Sequence record: SRR20825019_638
Reading direction: 5' to 3' (one strand)
Length of the DNA: 64,000 nucleotides
A model generated the notes under the pieces. It searched no databases. It saw only the letters and a program-made list of their open reading frames with translations, and was not told the DNA's origin. Shown piece by piece: positions 30,665-38,909 of this stretch. Numbering within the stretch: the first letter of the stretch is position 1; each line of letters opens with the position of its first letter. Both the position numbers and the translations under genes were made by a program.

Positions 30665-33600
30665 TTGACCAAAACCCTAATTCCCAAATTATTTGAACAG
30701 TCTCCCCAACTCGGGAAACTGAGGGAGATTATTGCCCAACCTCTCGACTCCGCTCGAAGTGATAGTCAAAAAATAAGCCTTAAAGGGCTTGTAGGTTCAT
30801 CCCTTTCATTTGTGATTTCAGAAACTTTCAAGTCTGCCGAATCACCATTCTTGCTGATTTTGAACGACAAGGAAGAGGCTGCTTATCTTTTGAATGATTT
30901 GGAGCAGTTGATTGGAGAAAAAGATGTGCTTTTTTATCCCGGAAGTTATCGAAGGCCTTATCAAATCGAGGAAACGGACAATGCCAACGTACTTCTGCGT
31001 GCCGAGGTATTGAACCGCATCAATTCCAGAAAAAAACCGGCGGTAATCGTTACGTATCCCGATGCCCTTTTTGAGAAAGTGGTGACCAGAAAGGAACTGG
31101 ACAGAAACACCCAAAAAATTAAATTGGGCGATGAAATCTCGTTGGATTTTTTGAACGAAGTGCTGTTTGAATATCAGTTTAAGCGGGTGGATTTTGTAAC
31201 CGAACCCGGTGAATTTTCTGTTCGCGGCGGTATCGTGGATGTTTTCTCCTTCTCGCACGATGAACCTTATCGCATCGAGTTCTTTGGGGATGAAGTGGAC
31301 AGTATCCGAACTTTTGATGTGGAAACCCAGCTTTCCACGGACAAGGTGAAGAAAATTACCATTATCCCAAACGTAGAAAATAAGTTTACCGAAGAAATAC
31401 GGGAAAGCTTCCTAAAATATATATCCGCCAACACGGTGGTCTTTGCGAAAAACCCTGCGCTGATCTACGATCGCATTGATTCCTTTTTTGAAAAAGCTGA
31501 GGAGAGCTTTGCCAAGTTGAGTCAAGAGATCAAACACGCGAAGCCCAAGGAACTCTTTTTGGATTCAGCTTTGTTGAAAGGGCAGTTGAAGGATTATTTA
31601 TGTTTTGAGATTGGTACTTCGACTCCGCTCAGCAACCAAAATACAGGAGAAATGGTCACTGAGCGAAGTCGAAGTGACATCATTCAATTCAACACCAAAC
31701 CCCAGCCAGCTTTCAACAAAAAGTTTGATTTGCTCATTGAAAATCTTAATGACAATCGGGATGCGGGTTACAGCAACTATATTTTCTGCTCCACCGAGCA
31801 ACAGGCTAAACGCTTTCACGACATTTTTAACGAAGTGGATGAAACGGTGCACTACCAGACCATCATTTTTCCGTTGTACCAAGGTTTTGTGGACCAGAAC
31901 CTAAAGATTGCGTGCTATACGGACCACCAAATTTTTGAGCGGTACCATAAGTTCCATTTGAAGAATGGCTACGCCAAAAAGCAAGCCATCACGTTGAAGG
32001 AACTCAACAAACTGGAAATCGGCGATTATGTGACCCACATTGATCATGGTATCGGCAAGTTTGGTGGGTTGCAAAAAATTGATGTGGAGGGCAAAAAGCA
32101 GGAAGCCATCAAACTAATTTATGGCGACCGTGATATTCTCTACGTCAGCATCCATTCGCTGCATAAAATTTCCAAATACAACGGCAAGGACGGAGCACCT
32201 CCCAAAATATTCAAACTGGGTTCCGCAGCTTGGAAAAAACTAAAGCAAAAGACCAAGGCAAGGGTCAAAAAGATTGCTTTCGACCTTATAAAAGTCTATG
32301 CCAAACGGCGATTGGAAAAAGGATTTCAATATGCCCCGGACAGCTATTTACAGTACGAATTGGAAGCCTCTTTCTTATACGAGGATACTCCGGACCAAGA
32401 GAAAAGCACTCAGGATGTAAAGAAGGATATGGAGAGCGAACGCCCTATGGACCGCTTGATTTGTGGGGATGTTGGTTTTGGGAAAACAGAAGTCGCGATA
32501 CGGGCTGCGTTTAAAGCCGTGGACAACGGCAAACAGGTGGCTATTTTAGTTCCCACCACGATTTTGGCTTTTCAGCATCATAGAACATTTTCCGAACGAT
32601 TGAAAGAAATGCCGGTAACGGTGGATTACCTCAACCGTTTTAGAACAGCGAAGGAGAAAAGGGAGACCCTAGAGAATTTAGAAAGTGGGAAAGTGGATAT
32701 CATTATTGGAACGCACCAGTTGGTCAACAAAAATGTAAAGTTCAAGGATTTGGGCTTGCTCATTGTGGACGAGGAACAGAAATTCGGGGTTTCCGTAAAA
32801 GAAAAACTGCGTTCCATCAAAGAAAATGTGGATGTGCTTACACTGACCGCCACACCGATTCCAAGGACGCTACAGTTCAGTTTGATGGCCGCTCGTGACC
32901 TTTCCGTCATCAATACGCCGCCACCGAACCGGTACCCTATCGAAAGCCACGTGATTCGATTGAATGAGGACATTATCCGTGATGCCGTGTCCTACGAAAT
33001 CCAACGGGGCGGACAGGTGTTCTTCATCCATAATCGCATTGAGAACATCAAAGAAGTAGCTGGGATGATTCAGCGTTTGGTGCCCGATGCCAAAATTGGG
33101 ATTGGACACGGACAAATGGAGGGCAAAAAACTGGAAACCTTGATGCTTTCCTTTATGAACGGTGAGTTTGATGTTTTGGTTTCGACCACCATCATTGAAA
33201 GTGGTTTGGACGTGACCAACGCCAACACCATTTTCATTCACAACGCCAACAATTTCGGTTTGAGCGACCTTCATCAGATGCGCGGACGTGTGGGCCGAAG
33301 CAACAAAAAGGCTTTCTGCTATTTTATCACACCACCTTATGAAGTGATGACCACCGAGGCCCGAAAACGTATCGAAGCCCTCGAACAATTCACAGAGTTG
33401 GGCAGTGGTTTCAACATTGCGATGAAGGATTTGGAAATTCGTGGTGCCGGTGACTTGTTGGGAGGAGAGCAGAGTGGATTTATCAACGAGATTGGATTTG
33501 AGACCTATCAAAAAATACTGTCCGAAGCCATAGAGGAGCTCAAGGAAAACGAGTTCAAGGAATTGTATGATGAAGTTGAGGGCGATAAGGAAAAAGTATA

Positions 33601-34087
33601 TGTAAAAGAGATGCAGTTGGACACGGATTTTGAACTGCTCTTCCCCGATGATTACATCAACAATATTACCGAACGCTTAAACCTCTACACCCAATTGAAC
33701 GATGTAGAGGACGAGGAAGGCCTACAGAAATTTGAAGCGCAATTGGTGGACCGTTTTGGCGAGTTGCCCGAGCCTGTAGTGGATTTGATGAATTCCGTCC
33801 GTGTTAAATGGATCGCCACTCACATTGGTTTGGAAAAGGTGATCATGAAGAAGGGCAAATTTATCGGTTACTTTATTGCGGACCAGCAATCCAGTTTTTA
33901 CCAAAGTGCCGTGTTCACCCAAGTGCTGCAATATGTACAGAGCCATCCCCAACAGGCCAAGCTTAAGGAAAAACAGACCCGAACAGGTTTACGGTTACTG
34001 TTGACATTTGACAGAATCACTAGTGTGGACAAGGCGTTGAAGGTTTTGGCGCCTTTTACGCCACAAGAACAAAATGTTTCAGCATAG
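30665..34087 (+). CDS. mfd: transcription-repair coupling factor with repeat-derived insertions
   Basis: GEFSVRGGIVD, HIDHGIGKF (RID), CGDVGFGKTEVA, DEEQKFGV, TATPIPRTL, HQMRGRVGRS, DLEIRGAG (TRG). Confidence 0.98.
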   Translation: MTKTLIPKLFEQSPQLGKLREIIAQPLDSARSDSQKISLKGLVGSSLSFVISETFKSAESPFLLILNDKEEAAYLLNDLEQLIGEKDVLFYPGSYRRPYQIEETDNANVLLRAEVLNRINSRKKPAVIVTYPDALFEKVVTRKELDRNTQKIKLGDEISLDFLNEVLFEYQFKRVDFVTEPGEFSVRGGIVDVFSFSHDEPYRIEFFGDEVDSIRTFDVETQLSTDKVKKITIIPNVENKFTEEIRESFLKYISANTVVFAKNPALIYDRIDSFFEKAEESFAKLSQEIKHAKPKELFLDSALLKGQLKDYLCFEIGTSTPLSNQNTGEMVTERSRSDIIQFNTKPQPAFNKKFDLLIENLNDNRDAGYSNYIFCSTEQQAKRFHDIFNEVDETVHYQTIIFPLYQGFVDQNLKIACYTDHQIFERYHKFHLKNGYAKKQAITLKELNKLEIGDYVTHIDHGIGKFGGLQKIDVEGKKQEAIKLIYGDRDILYVSIHSLHKISKYNGKDGAPPKIFKLGSAAWKKLKQKTKARVKKIAFDLIKVYAKRRLEKGFQYAPDSYLQYELEASFLYEDTPDQEKSTQDVKKDMESERPMDRLICGDVGFGKTEVAIRAAFKAVDNGKQVAILVPTTILAFQHHRTFSERLKEMPVTVDYLNRFRTAKEKRETLENLESGKVDIIIGTHQLVNKNVKFKDLGLLIVDEEQKFGVSVKEKLRSIKENVDVLTLTATPIPRTLQFSLMAARDLSVINTPPPNRYPIESHVIRLNEDIIRDAVSYEIQRGGQVFFIHNRIENIKEVAGMIQRLVPDAKIGIGHGQMEGKKLETLMLSFMNGEFDVLVSTTIIESGLDVTNANTIFIHNANNFGLSDLHQMRGRVGRSNKKAFCYFITPPYEVMTTEARKRIEALEQFTELGSGFNIAMKDLEIRGAGDLLGGEQSGFINEIGFETYQKILSEAIEELKENEFKELYDEVEGDKEKVYVKEMQLDTDFELLFPDDYINNITERLNLYTQLNDVEDEEGLQKFEAQLVDRFGELPEPVVDLMNSVRVKWIATHIGLEKVIMKKGKFIGYFIADQQSSFYQSAVFTQVLQYVQSHPQQAKLKEKQTRTGLRLLLTFDRITSVDKALKVLAPFTPQEQNVSA
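30741..30764 (-). repeat. REP-like unit in-frame near the mfd N-terminus
   Basis: CTCTCGACTCCGCTCGAAGTGATA (rc TATCACTTCGAGCGGAGTCGAGAG) shares the GAGCG.AGTCGA core; encodes PLDSARSD. Confidence 0.75.
31616..31677. repeat. REP-like inverted pair in-frame inside mfd
   Basis: ACTTCGACTCCGCTCAGCAACC (31616-31637) / GGTCACTGAGCGAAGTCGAAGT (31654-31675); encodes TSTPLSNQNTGEMVTERSRSD. Confidence 0.92.
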
Positions 34088-34091
34088 GATT

Positions 34092-34247
34092 AGATTTCTC
34101 ACATCCGTTCGAAATGACAAGTAAGCACTCGTAGTCATTTCGACAGAGCGTAGCGACGAGAAATCCCAAGTAGCCAAGATTCCGTGTCATACTTCGACTC
34201 ATTTCGACTTCGCTCAATGACCAGCGCTCAGCATCCGCACAGAATGA
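34092..34247. repeat. composite REP-like cluster with nested units between convergent mfd and serine hydrolase
   Basis: Units at 34092-34119 and 34134-34166, plus three nested units at 34177-34247. Confidence 0.9.
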
Positions 34248-34249
34248 AT

Positions 34250-35407
34250 TTAAAAAGCCTCATACACCTGCTTCACAAACTCCCCGATTTTTGAAGGTTC
34301 CAGCCAGCGCGTCACAATGACCAAACCACTTTTTTGATCCACCACAATAAAGTTGCCTCCAAAACCTGCGGCGTAGAACACATGTTCGGGAACACCATCC
34401 CAGTGGCGTCCTCCTTGTTGGTTCAGCCACCACATATAGCCATAATTCACATTGGGCACAGAAGGCGTAGTGGCTTTTTTGATCCAATCTTCGCTGATGA
34501 TTTTCTCATTTTCCCATATACCATTGTTTAAAAAAAGTGTTCCAAAACGGGCCATATCCTCTGTGGAGATAAAAAGTCCAGCTCCAGAGTGCCCACCACC
34601 GGTCACGGATTTCATCTGTATCCCATCGACTACGGTCCAAGCATCTTCGTAGCCAAACCAACGCCAAGTTGTGGTCGCCCCGATCTTATCCATCACCTCT
34701 TCTTTGAGGACCATGGGCAGCGGTTTTCTCCACACATGGGTCAACGAATAGGCCAATACGTTTACGCGAACATCGTTGTACTCCATTACCGTACCGGGTT
34801 CGTTGAGCTTTCGGAATTTCCAATCGTCCAGACCACCTTCACTCGGTGGACGGTCCGCCCAATCCTTACCGCCCCACAATTCCCCTGACCAGTCTGAATT
34901 TTGTTGCAATAGGTGTTCCCAAGTTATTTTGGAGTTGTGCGCACCATCAAAAGTTCCATCCCAAATGTAGTCCCCCACTTTATCCTTGGTATCGTTGATC
35001 AAACCTTGGTCTTCGGCCAGTCCAGCAACAGTGGATAAAAAGCTTTTGGTGACACTGAAAGTCATATCCACACGTTTGGTGTCTCCCCAAGAAGCCAGCA
35101 GGTAGCCATTTTTCATAATCATACCTGCTGGACCGCCTCGCTTTTTGGTAGGCCCCAGAATTTGATGAAAAGGTTCATGTTTGAAGCCTTCCAATATGGC
35201 AATACGCAAATCTCTGGAACCTGAATATTCATTGGCATTGGCGTATTCTACCGCCTTATCCAAAGCTTCTTGATTCCATTTAAATTGTCCCTTTTCTGCA
35301 GCTTTCCACGTTTCGTAGCGTTGTGGGAAATTGATTTTTTGGGCGTTGACAGTAAAGGTTGTGGTGAACGCAACAAGAAGTGCTGCTGCAACTAGGGTGT
35401 TTTTCAT
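34250..35407 (-). CDS. serine hydrolase (beta-lactamase class C-like) with signal peptide
   Basis: SVTK (SxxK), EYND, GYMWW, AAGFGGN; real start MKNTLVAA, because the longer ORF reads through repeats. Confidence 0.9.
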   Translation of the reverse strand: MKNTLVAAALLVAFTTTFTVNAQKINFPQRYETWKAAEKGQFKWNQEALDKAVEYANANEYSGSRDLRIAILEGFKHEPFHQILGPTKKRGGPAGMIMKNGYLLASWGDTKRVDMTFSVTKSFLSTVAGLAEDQGLINDTKDKVGDYIWDGTFDGAHNSKITWEHLLQQNSDWSGELWGGKDWADRPPSEGGLDDWKFRKLNEPGTVMEYNDVRVNVLAYSLTHVWRKPLPMVLKEEVMDKIGATTTWRWFGYEDAWTVVDGIQMKSVTGGGHSGAGLFISTEDMARFGTLFLNNGIWENEKIISEDWIKKATTPSVPNVNYGYMWWLNQQGGRHWDGVPEHVFYAAGFGGNFIVVDQKSGLVIVTRWLEPSKIGEFVKQVYEAF

Positions 35408-35485
35408 TTTTGAGGTTTGGTTTGGACCAGAAAGGTAGTGATTGTTGGGGAATTTAGCCTTTGTCAATTCAAAGGATATTTTTAT

Positions 35486-35608
35486 AGATTCTTCGCGGCG
35501 CTCAGAATGACAAATCAGATTTCTCACTGCGTTCGAAATGACAATTAGCACTTATGGTCATTTCGACTTCGCTCAATGACCAGCGTTCAGCATCCGTAAA
35601 GAATGACA
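35486..35608. repeat. composite REP-like cluster; direct-repeat derivative of 34092-34247
   Basis: Units at 35486-35512, 35517-35543 and 35559-35581, plus remnants to 35608. Confidence 0.9.
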
Positions 35609-35614
35609 GTACTG

Positions 35615-37597
35615 CTAAAACCGTTTTTTATGAACCTGATCACCCTCTTTGTTGTAATAGCGCCAAGTGCCCACTTGCTCATCATTGCGGAAACGGCCAC
35701 GGATTTTTTGGGTGCCGTCGGGATAGAATGCTTCGTAACGACCGTGCTTTAGGCCATCCTTTAAATCCACCTGAAACCGAATGTTCCCGTTGGCATATTT
35801 TTTACTAAAGGACTTGGCATTCAAATCATTGGGGTAAATGGGCCTTAAATCAAAAACCGCATCAGTGATTTCTGTGGATGCTGTACTTTGATTTGTGGTC
35901 ACAACTTCAGTCTCGGGTTGGGCCATATCCATCGCCTTTTTCACCTCTTTCACATCCTGATAATTGAGCACCAATATGCTTTCAAACAAGTCATCTTCTG
36001 GGGACAATTGCAATCCTACTTGGGGGAAGCAGATAATAAAATCCTTGTTCTTCCGCATTTTTTGTTTGGTAGATGCATCGGCCAGAGCGTACATATTATC
36101 AAACAACAAAGGCACATTGCTGTAAACAAACACCGTGGACTCTGAATCGAATTGTTCATCAAAATTTTTGAACTCCTCCGAAGTCGCCAGGATATCGCCC
36201 TCCGATACTTTATCAATTATACCCTTTAGGGTATTGGGACTGTCACTAAAAATCACAAAGTCATCAATTTGGGTAAAGTAAGGTTTGTCAAACTCATCAA
36301 ACCTACCGCCCAACAACATCTTAAAGAAACCCTTGATGGACAAAAAGTTGATTTCATAATCCTTATAGTTGACCGCCTTGAACTTTACAGGCGTCTTTTT
36401 ACGGATCTGCTCCACCACAAAATCCAAATTGGTCTTGGCATCTTCCGCATCATTGGCTTTGAGCACCAGCGCCACATCATTTTTACCTTTAGTAATGTGG
36501 GATTTAATCTGAAGCACGCCAATTTCGTCACCAATCCAACTTACAAAATTCTCTTTTACATCAATCTTTAGGAATTTTTCCACTTTGGCAATTCCCTTTT
36601 GATAGCTCTCGAACTGTTCGGGATCGTTCTGCTGGACCATCTCAAAATTCTTGTAGAACTCAGAAAAACTATCAAATCCATAGCTGATATAAAGTGCCGT
36701 GCTGTTCGGCGCCACTTGGGGAATGGAGCGTTCCGCGGTGCCCGATTTTTGCAACGCCTCCAAATAGTATTCGTTTACGGCGCTAATGTTGGTGTATCCA
36801 TTGGCGGTCAATGTGCTGTTCTCGTCCAAATCAAAATAAAATCCAGAGAACAAAAAGTTTTCACTTACACGGTTTACCCAATCGGAAGGTTTATCGGAAT
36901 ACATTTTAACGTAATCATCAAAATAATGGTATTGCACATACATTCGGAAGAGATCTTCGTGGCCCACTTTTCGGTTGATTTCCAAAAAATTAAGGTTTCG
37001 GCCAAGCACAGGTTCCTCATACTGATCTATGGAAGCCTCTACCAAGGTGTGGGTATACGAGGCCACCAACTGGTTTTTGATGAAGGCCAGATACATCGTT
37101 TCCTTGCTCTCACGATTGTGCACTTCTAAAATCTCGTGTTCGTGGTAAATCCGTTTGCTCAGCACATAGCCATCGTCCAGTAAAGTGTTCAAATAGGTTT
37201 TGAGCAGTTGCAGTTTGGCAATGCGCTTCAAATCCAGCACGTAGAAAATTCCATAATCCTTCGGGGAAATCATATGGATGGAAATGAACAGGGAACGATT
37301 ATCGAAAAACTCGAACAACTTGTGGTTATCATTGAAAATCGTATCCACCTTTTGAATGTTCTCGGTAAGCTCTGAAAAATAATCGTTCTTTTTGAGGTGG
37401 TGCCAACCTTCACTTTGGCTGACTTTTTCCCAACTTTCCACGGGCTGTTCCGATTCAATAATGAAAACTGCATCCTTCGGAATCAGATAAATGGACTGAA
37501 GATTGGTCTTGGGAGATAGAATAAAAATATAGGCCAAATAGCACAAGTACAGCACAAACAGGCCCAACAAACCGAAAAGAATCCTTTTTTTGGTCAT
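35615..37597 (-). CDS. DUF3352-like membrane-anchored protein with C-terminal MORN-variant repeats
   Basis: N-terminal TM; SWIGDEIG; C-terminal KDGLKHGRYEAFYPDG / VGTWRYY. Confidence 0.7.
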   Translation of the reverse strand: MTKKRILFGLLGLFVLYLCYLAYIFILSPKTNLQSIYLIPKDAVFIIESEQPVESWEKVSQSEGWHHLKKNDYFSELTENIQKVDTIFNDNHKLFEFFDNRSLFISIHMISPKDYGIFYVLDLKRIAKLQLLKTYLNTLLDDGYVLSKRIYHEHEILEVHNRESKETMYLAFIKNQLVASYTHTLVEASIDQYEEPVLGRNLNFLEINRKVGHEDLFRMYVQYHYFDDYVKMYSDKPSDWVNRVSENFLFSGFYFDLDENSTLTANGYTNISAVNEYYLEALQKSGTAERSIPQVAPNSTALYISYGFDSFSEFYKNFEMVQQNDPEQFESYQKGIAKVEKFLKIDVKENFVSWIGDEIGVLQIKSHITKGKNDVALVLKANDAEDAKTNLDFVVEQIRKKTPVKFKAVNYKDYEINFLSIKGFFKMLLGGRFDEFDKPYFTQIDDFVIFSDSPNTLKGIIDKVSEGDILATSEEFKNFDEQFDSESTVFVYSNVPLLFDNMYALADASTKQKMRKNKDFIICFPQVGLQLSPEDDLFESILVLNYQDVKEVKKAMDMAQPETEVVTTNQSTASTEITDAVFDLRPIYPNDLNAKSFSKKYANGNIRFQVDLKDGLKHGRYEAFYPDGTQKIRGRFRNDEQVGTWRYYNKEGDQVHKKRF

Positions 37598-37670
37598 TTT
37601 TCCAAAAAGTGTCTTTTTCTAGAACGAAGAAGATTTCGTTTTAGTTTAGACCGAGAAAAGGAATCTTAAA

Positions 37671-38330
37671 TTATAATGATTTTAAATCCTTGATGGTTTT
37701 GAAAGCAACGTCTACCTGTTCATCGTTCACCAAAATGGTAAACTCATTGGTCGTAGAGATGACCTCGTAGAGAACAATGCCTTCCCAAGCCAATCGCTGA
37801 AAGATGAAGTAGTAGATTCCAGGAACCGAGACGTTCTCTGCGGGCAACTTCACGGTAATGGAGGACAGCCCCTCCGCTTTTTGTGTGCAGCGTTCCATTT
37901 TAAAGTACTTCTCCACTACACCATCCATCACATTGCTGATCACAATATTGATTTCGTTCACACCACGTGAAGACGTATAAAAAACATCTTGATTGGCATT
38001 CACTTCCTCCAACAATCGAGCTTGTTGTTGCAAAATAGTGTCCGAAGCCAAAAAGGTGTAGTCCGTAAGGTTGGAACGCACGGTAATCTCCCCGATGTTC
38101 TTGAGTACTTTTACGATTTTATGGGTTGCCCTGAACTCAAGATCATCCGACAAACGTTTAAGGGCCATCACTATAGCGCCATCTTTTACATCTTTGCCCA
38201 GCTCTTCGGCAATTTCAGGTTTGATCTGTCGGGACAAAGAAGTCAAATTGATAATCCCTTGTGCCAATGCGGTCTGCAAAAAAGGCTTTTTCTTGATGTA
38301 ATGTTCTACTACAGCAGATATTGTTTTCAT
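37671..38330 (-). CDS. small ACT-domain protein with N-terminal HTH-like region (lacks an amino-acid kinase domain)
   Basis: GIINLTSLSR..AIVMALKR N-terminus; VPGIYY...LAWEGI..EVISTTNEFT ACT-like C-terminus. Confidence 0.75.
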   Translation of the reverse strand: MKTISAVVEHYIKKKPFLQTALAQGIINLTSLSRQIKPEIAEELGKDVKDGAIVMALKRLSDDLEFRATHKIVKVLKNIGEITVRSNLTDYTFLASDTILQQQARLLEEVNANQDVFYTSSRGVNEINIVISNVMDGVVEKYFKMERCTQKAEGLSSITVKLPAENVSVPGIYYFIFQRLAWEGIVLYEVISTTNEFTILVNDEQVDVAFKTIKDLKSL

Positions 38331-38382
38331 TATCGGTTGATTTTGAACAAAAATAACATATTGTTACAAAACAAACAAATGG

Positions 38383-38742
38383 TTAAAAATGATAGAACGC
38401 ATTTTCAAAGTGCTCAATTTCAAATTTTTCGCCTTTTTGGATTACCGTGACAACATCAAATCGGACTTCCACATCTAAATTGTTTTCCTCCAAATAATGA
38501 TTGGCCGCTAACACTAAAAGTTTAATTTTTTTAGCAGAAATCACTTCCGAAATTTCCTTGAGAAACCTTGTTTTTCTTGACTTTACCTCAACTATGACCA
38601 AGAGGTTGTTTTTCATTGCAATAATATCGACCTCAGCTTTTAAATAGCGATAATTAATTGCCCTTACTTCATAGCCGGAAGCTTTCAAAAAACCCACTGC
38701 TTTTTGTTCTCCTAGTTTTCCGAATGTGTTATGATCTGCCAT
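38383..38742 (-). CDS. yraN: YraN (UPF0102) family protein
   Basis: GKLGE, NYR, EVDIIA, VEVKSR, RFDV. Confidence 0.93.
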   Translation of the reverse strand: MADHNTFGKLGEQKAVGFLKASGYEVRAINYRYLKAEVDIIAMKNNLLVIVEVKSRKTRFLKEISEVISAKKIKLLVLAANHYLEENNLDVEVRFDVVTVIQKGEKFEIEHFENAFYHF

Positions 38743-38909
38743 ACAATTTGTAAAAATCCAAAAAAATTATGCATTTCATCGAAAAATTTGGTCGTTCACG
38801 GACTTCAGAGCGTTAAGATTGTAATTTGTTGGCTCAATTGAACCACATCCAACACTAGCATAAGCATATAGTTGCCCCACTATGTACCAAAATAACGCCA
38901 GACATTGCT

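Noticed and set aside
35408-35551. 48-aa N-terminal extension of the serine hydrolase in the ORF track
   Set aside because: It reads through two repeats (VISNAVRNL, CHSERREES); the signal peptide begins at the ATG at 35407.
29650-35608. Repeat clusters as a CRISPR array or integron attC cassette array
   Set aside because: There are no constant-length repeat/spacer units, no cas genes and no integrase; the units are heterogeneous, inverted and nested, and lack attC RYYYAAC/GTTRRRY ends.
22426-38370. Shared 11-mer ATTGTTACAAA upstream of the GNAT-lysC genes (22426-22436) and the small ACT protein (38360-38370)
   Set aside because: An AT-rich 11-mer match is expected by chance in 64 kb; only the second site has a palindrome (TAACA-TAT-TGTTA).
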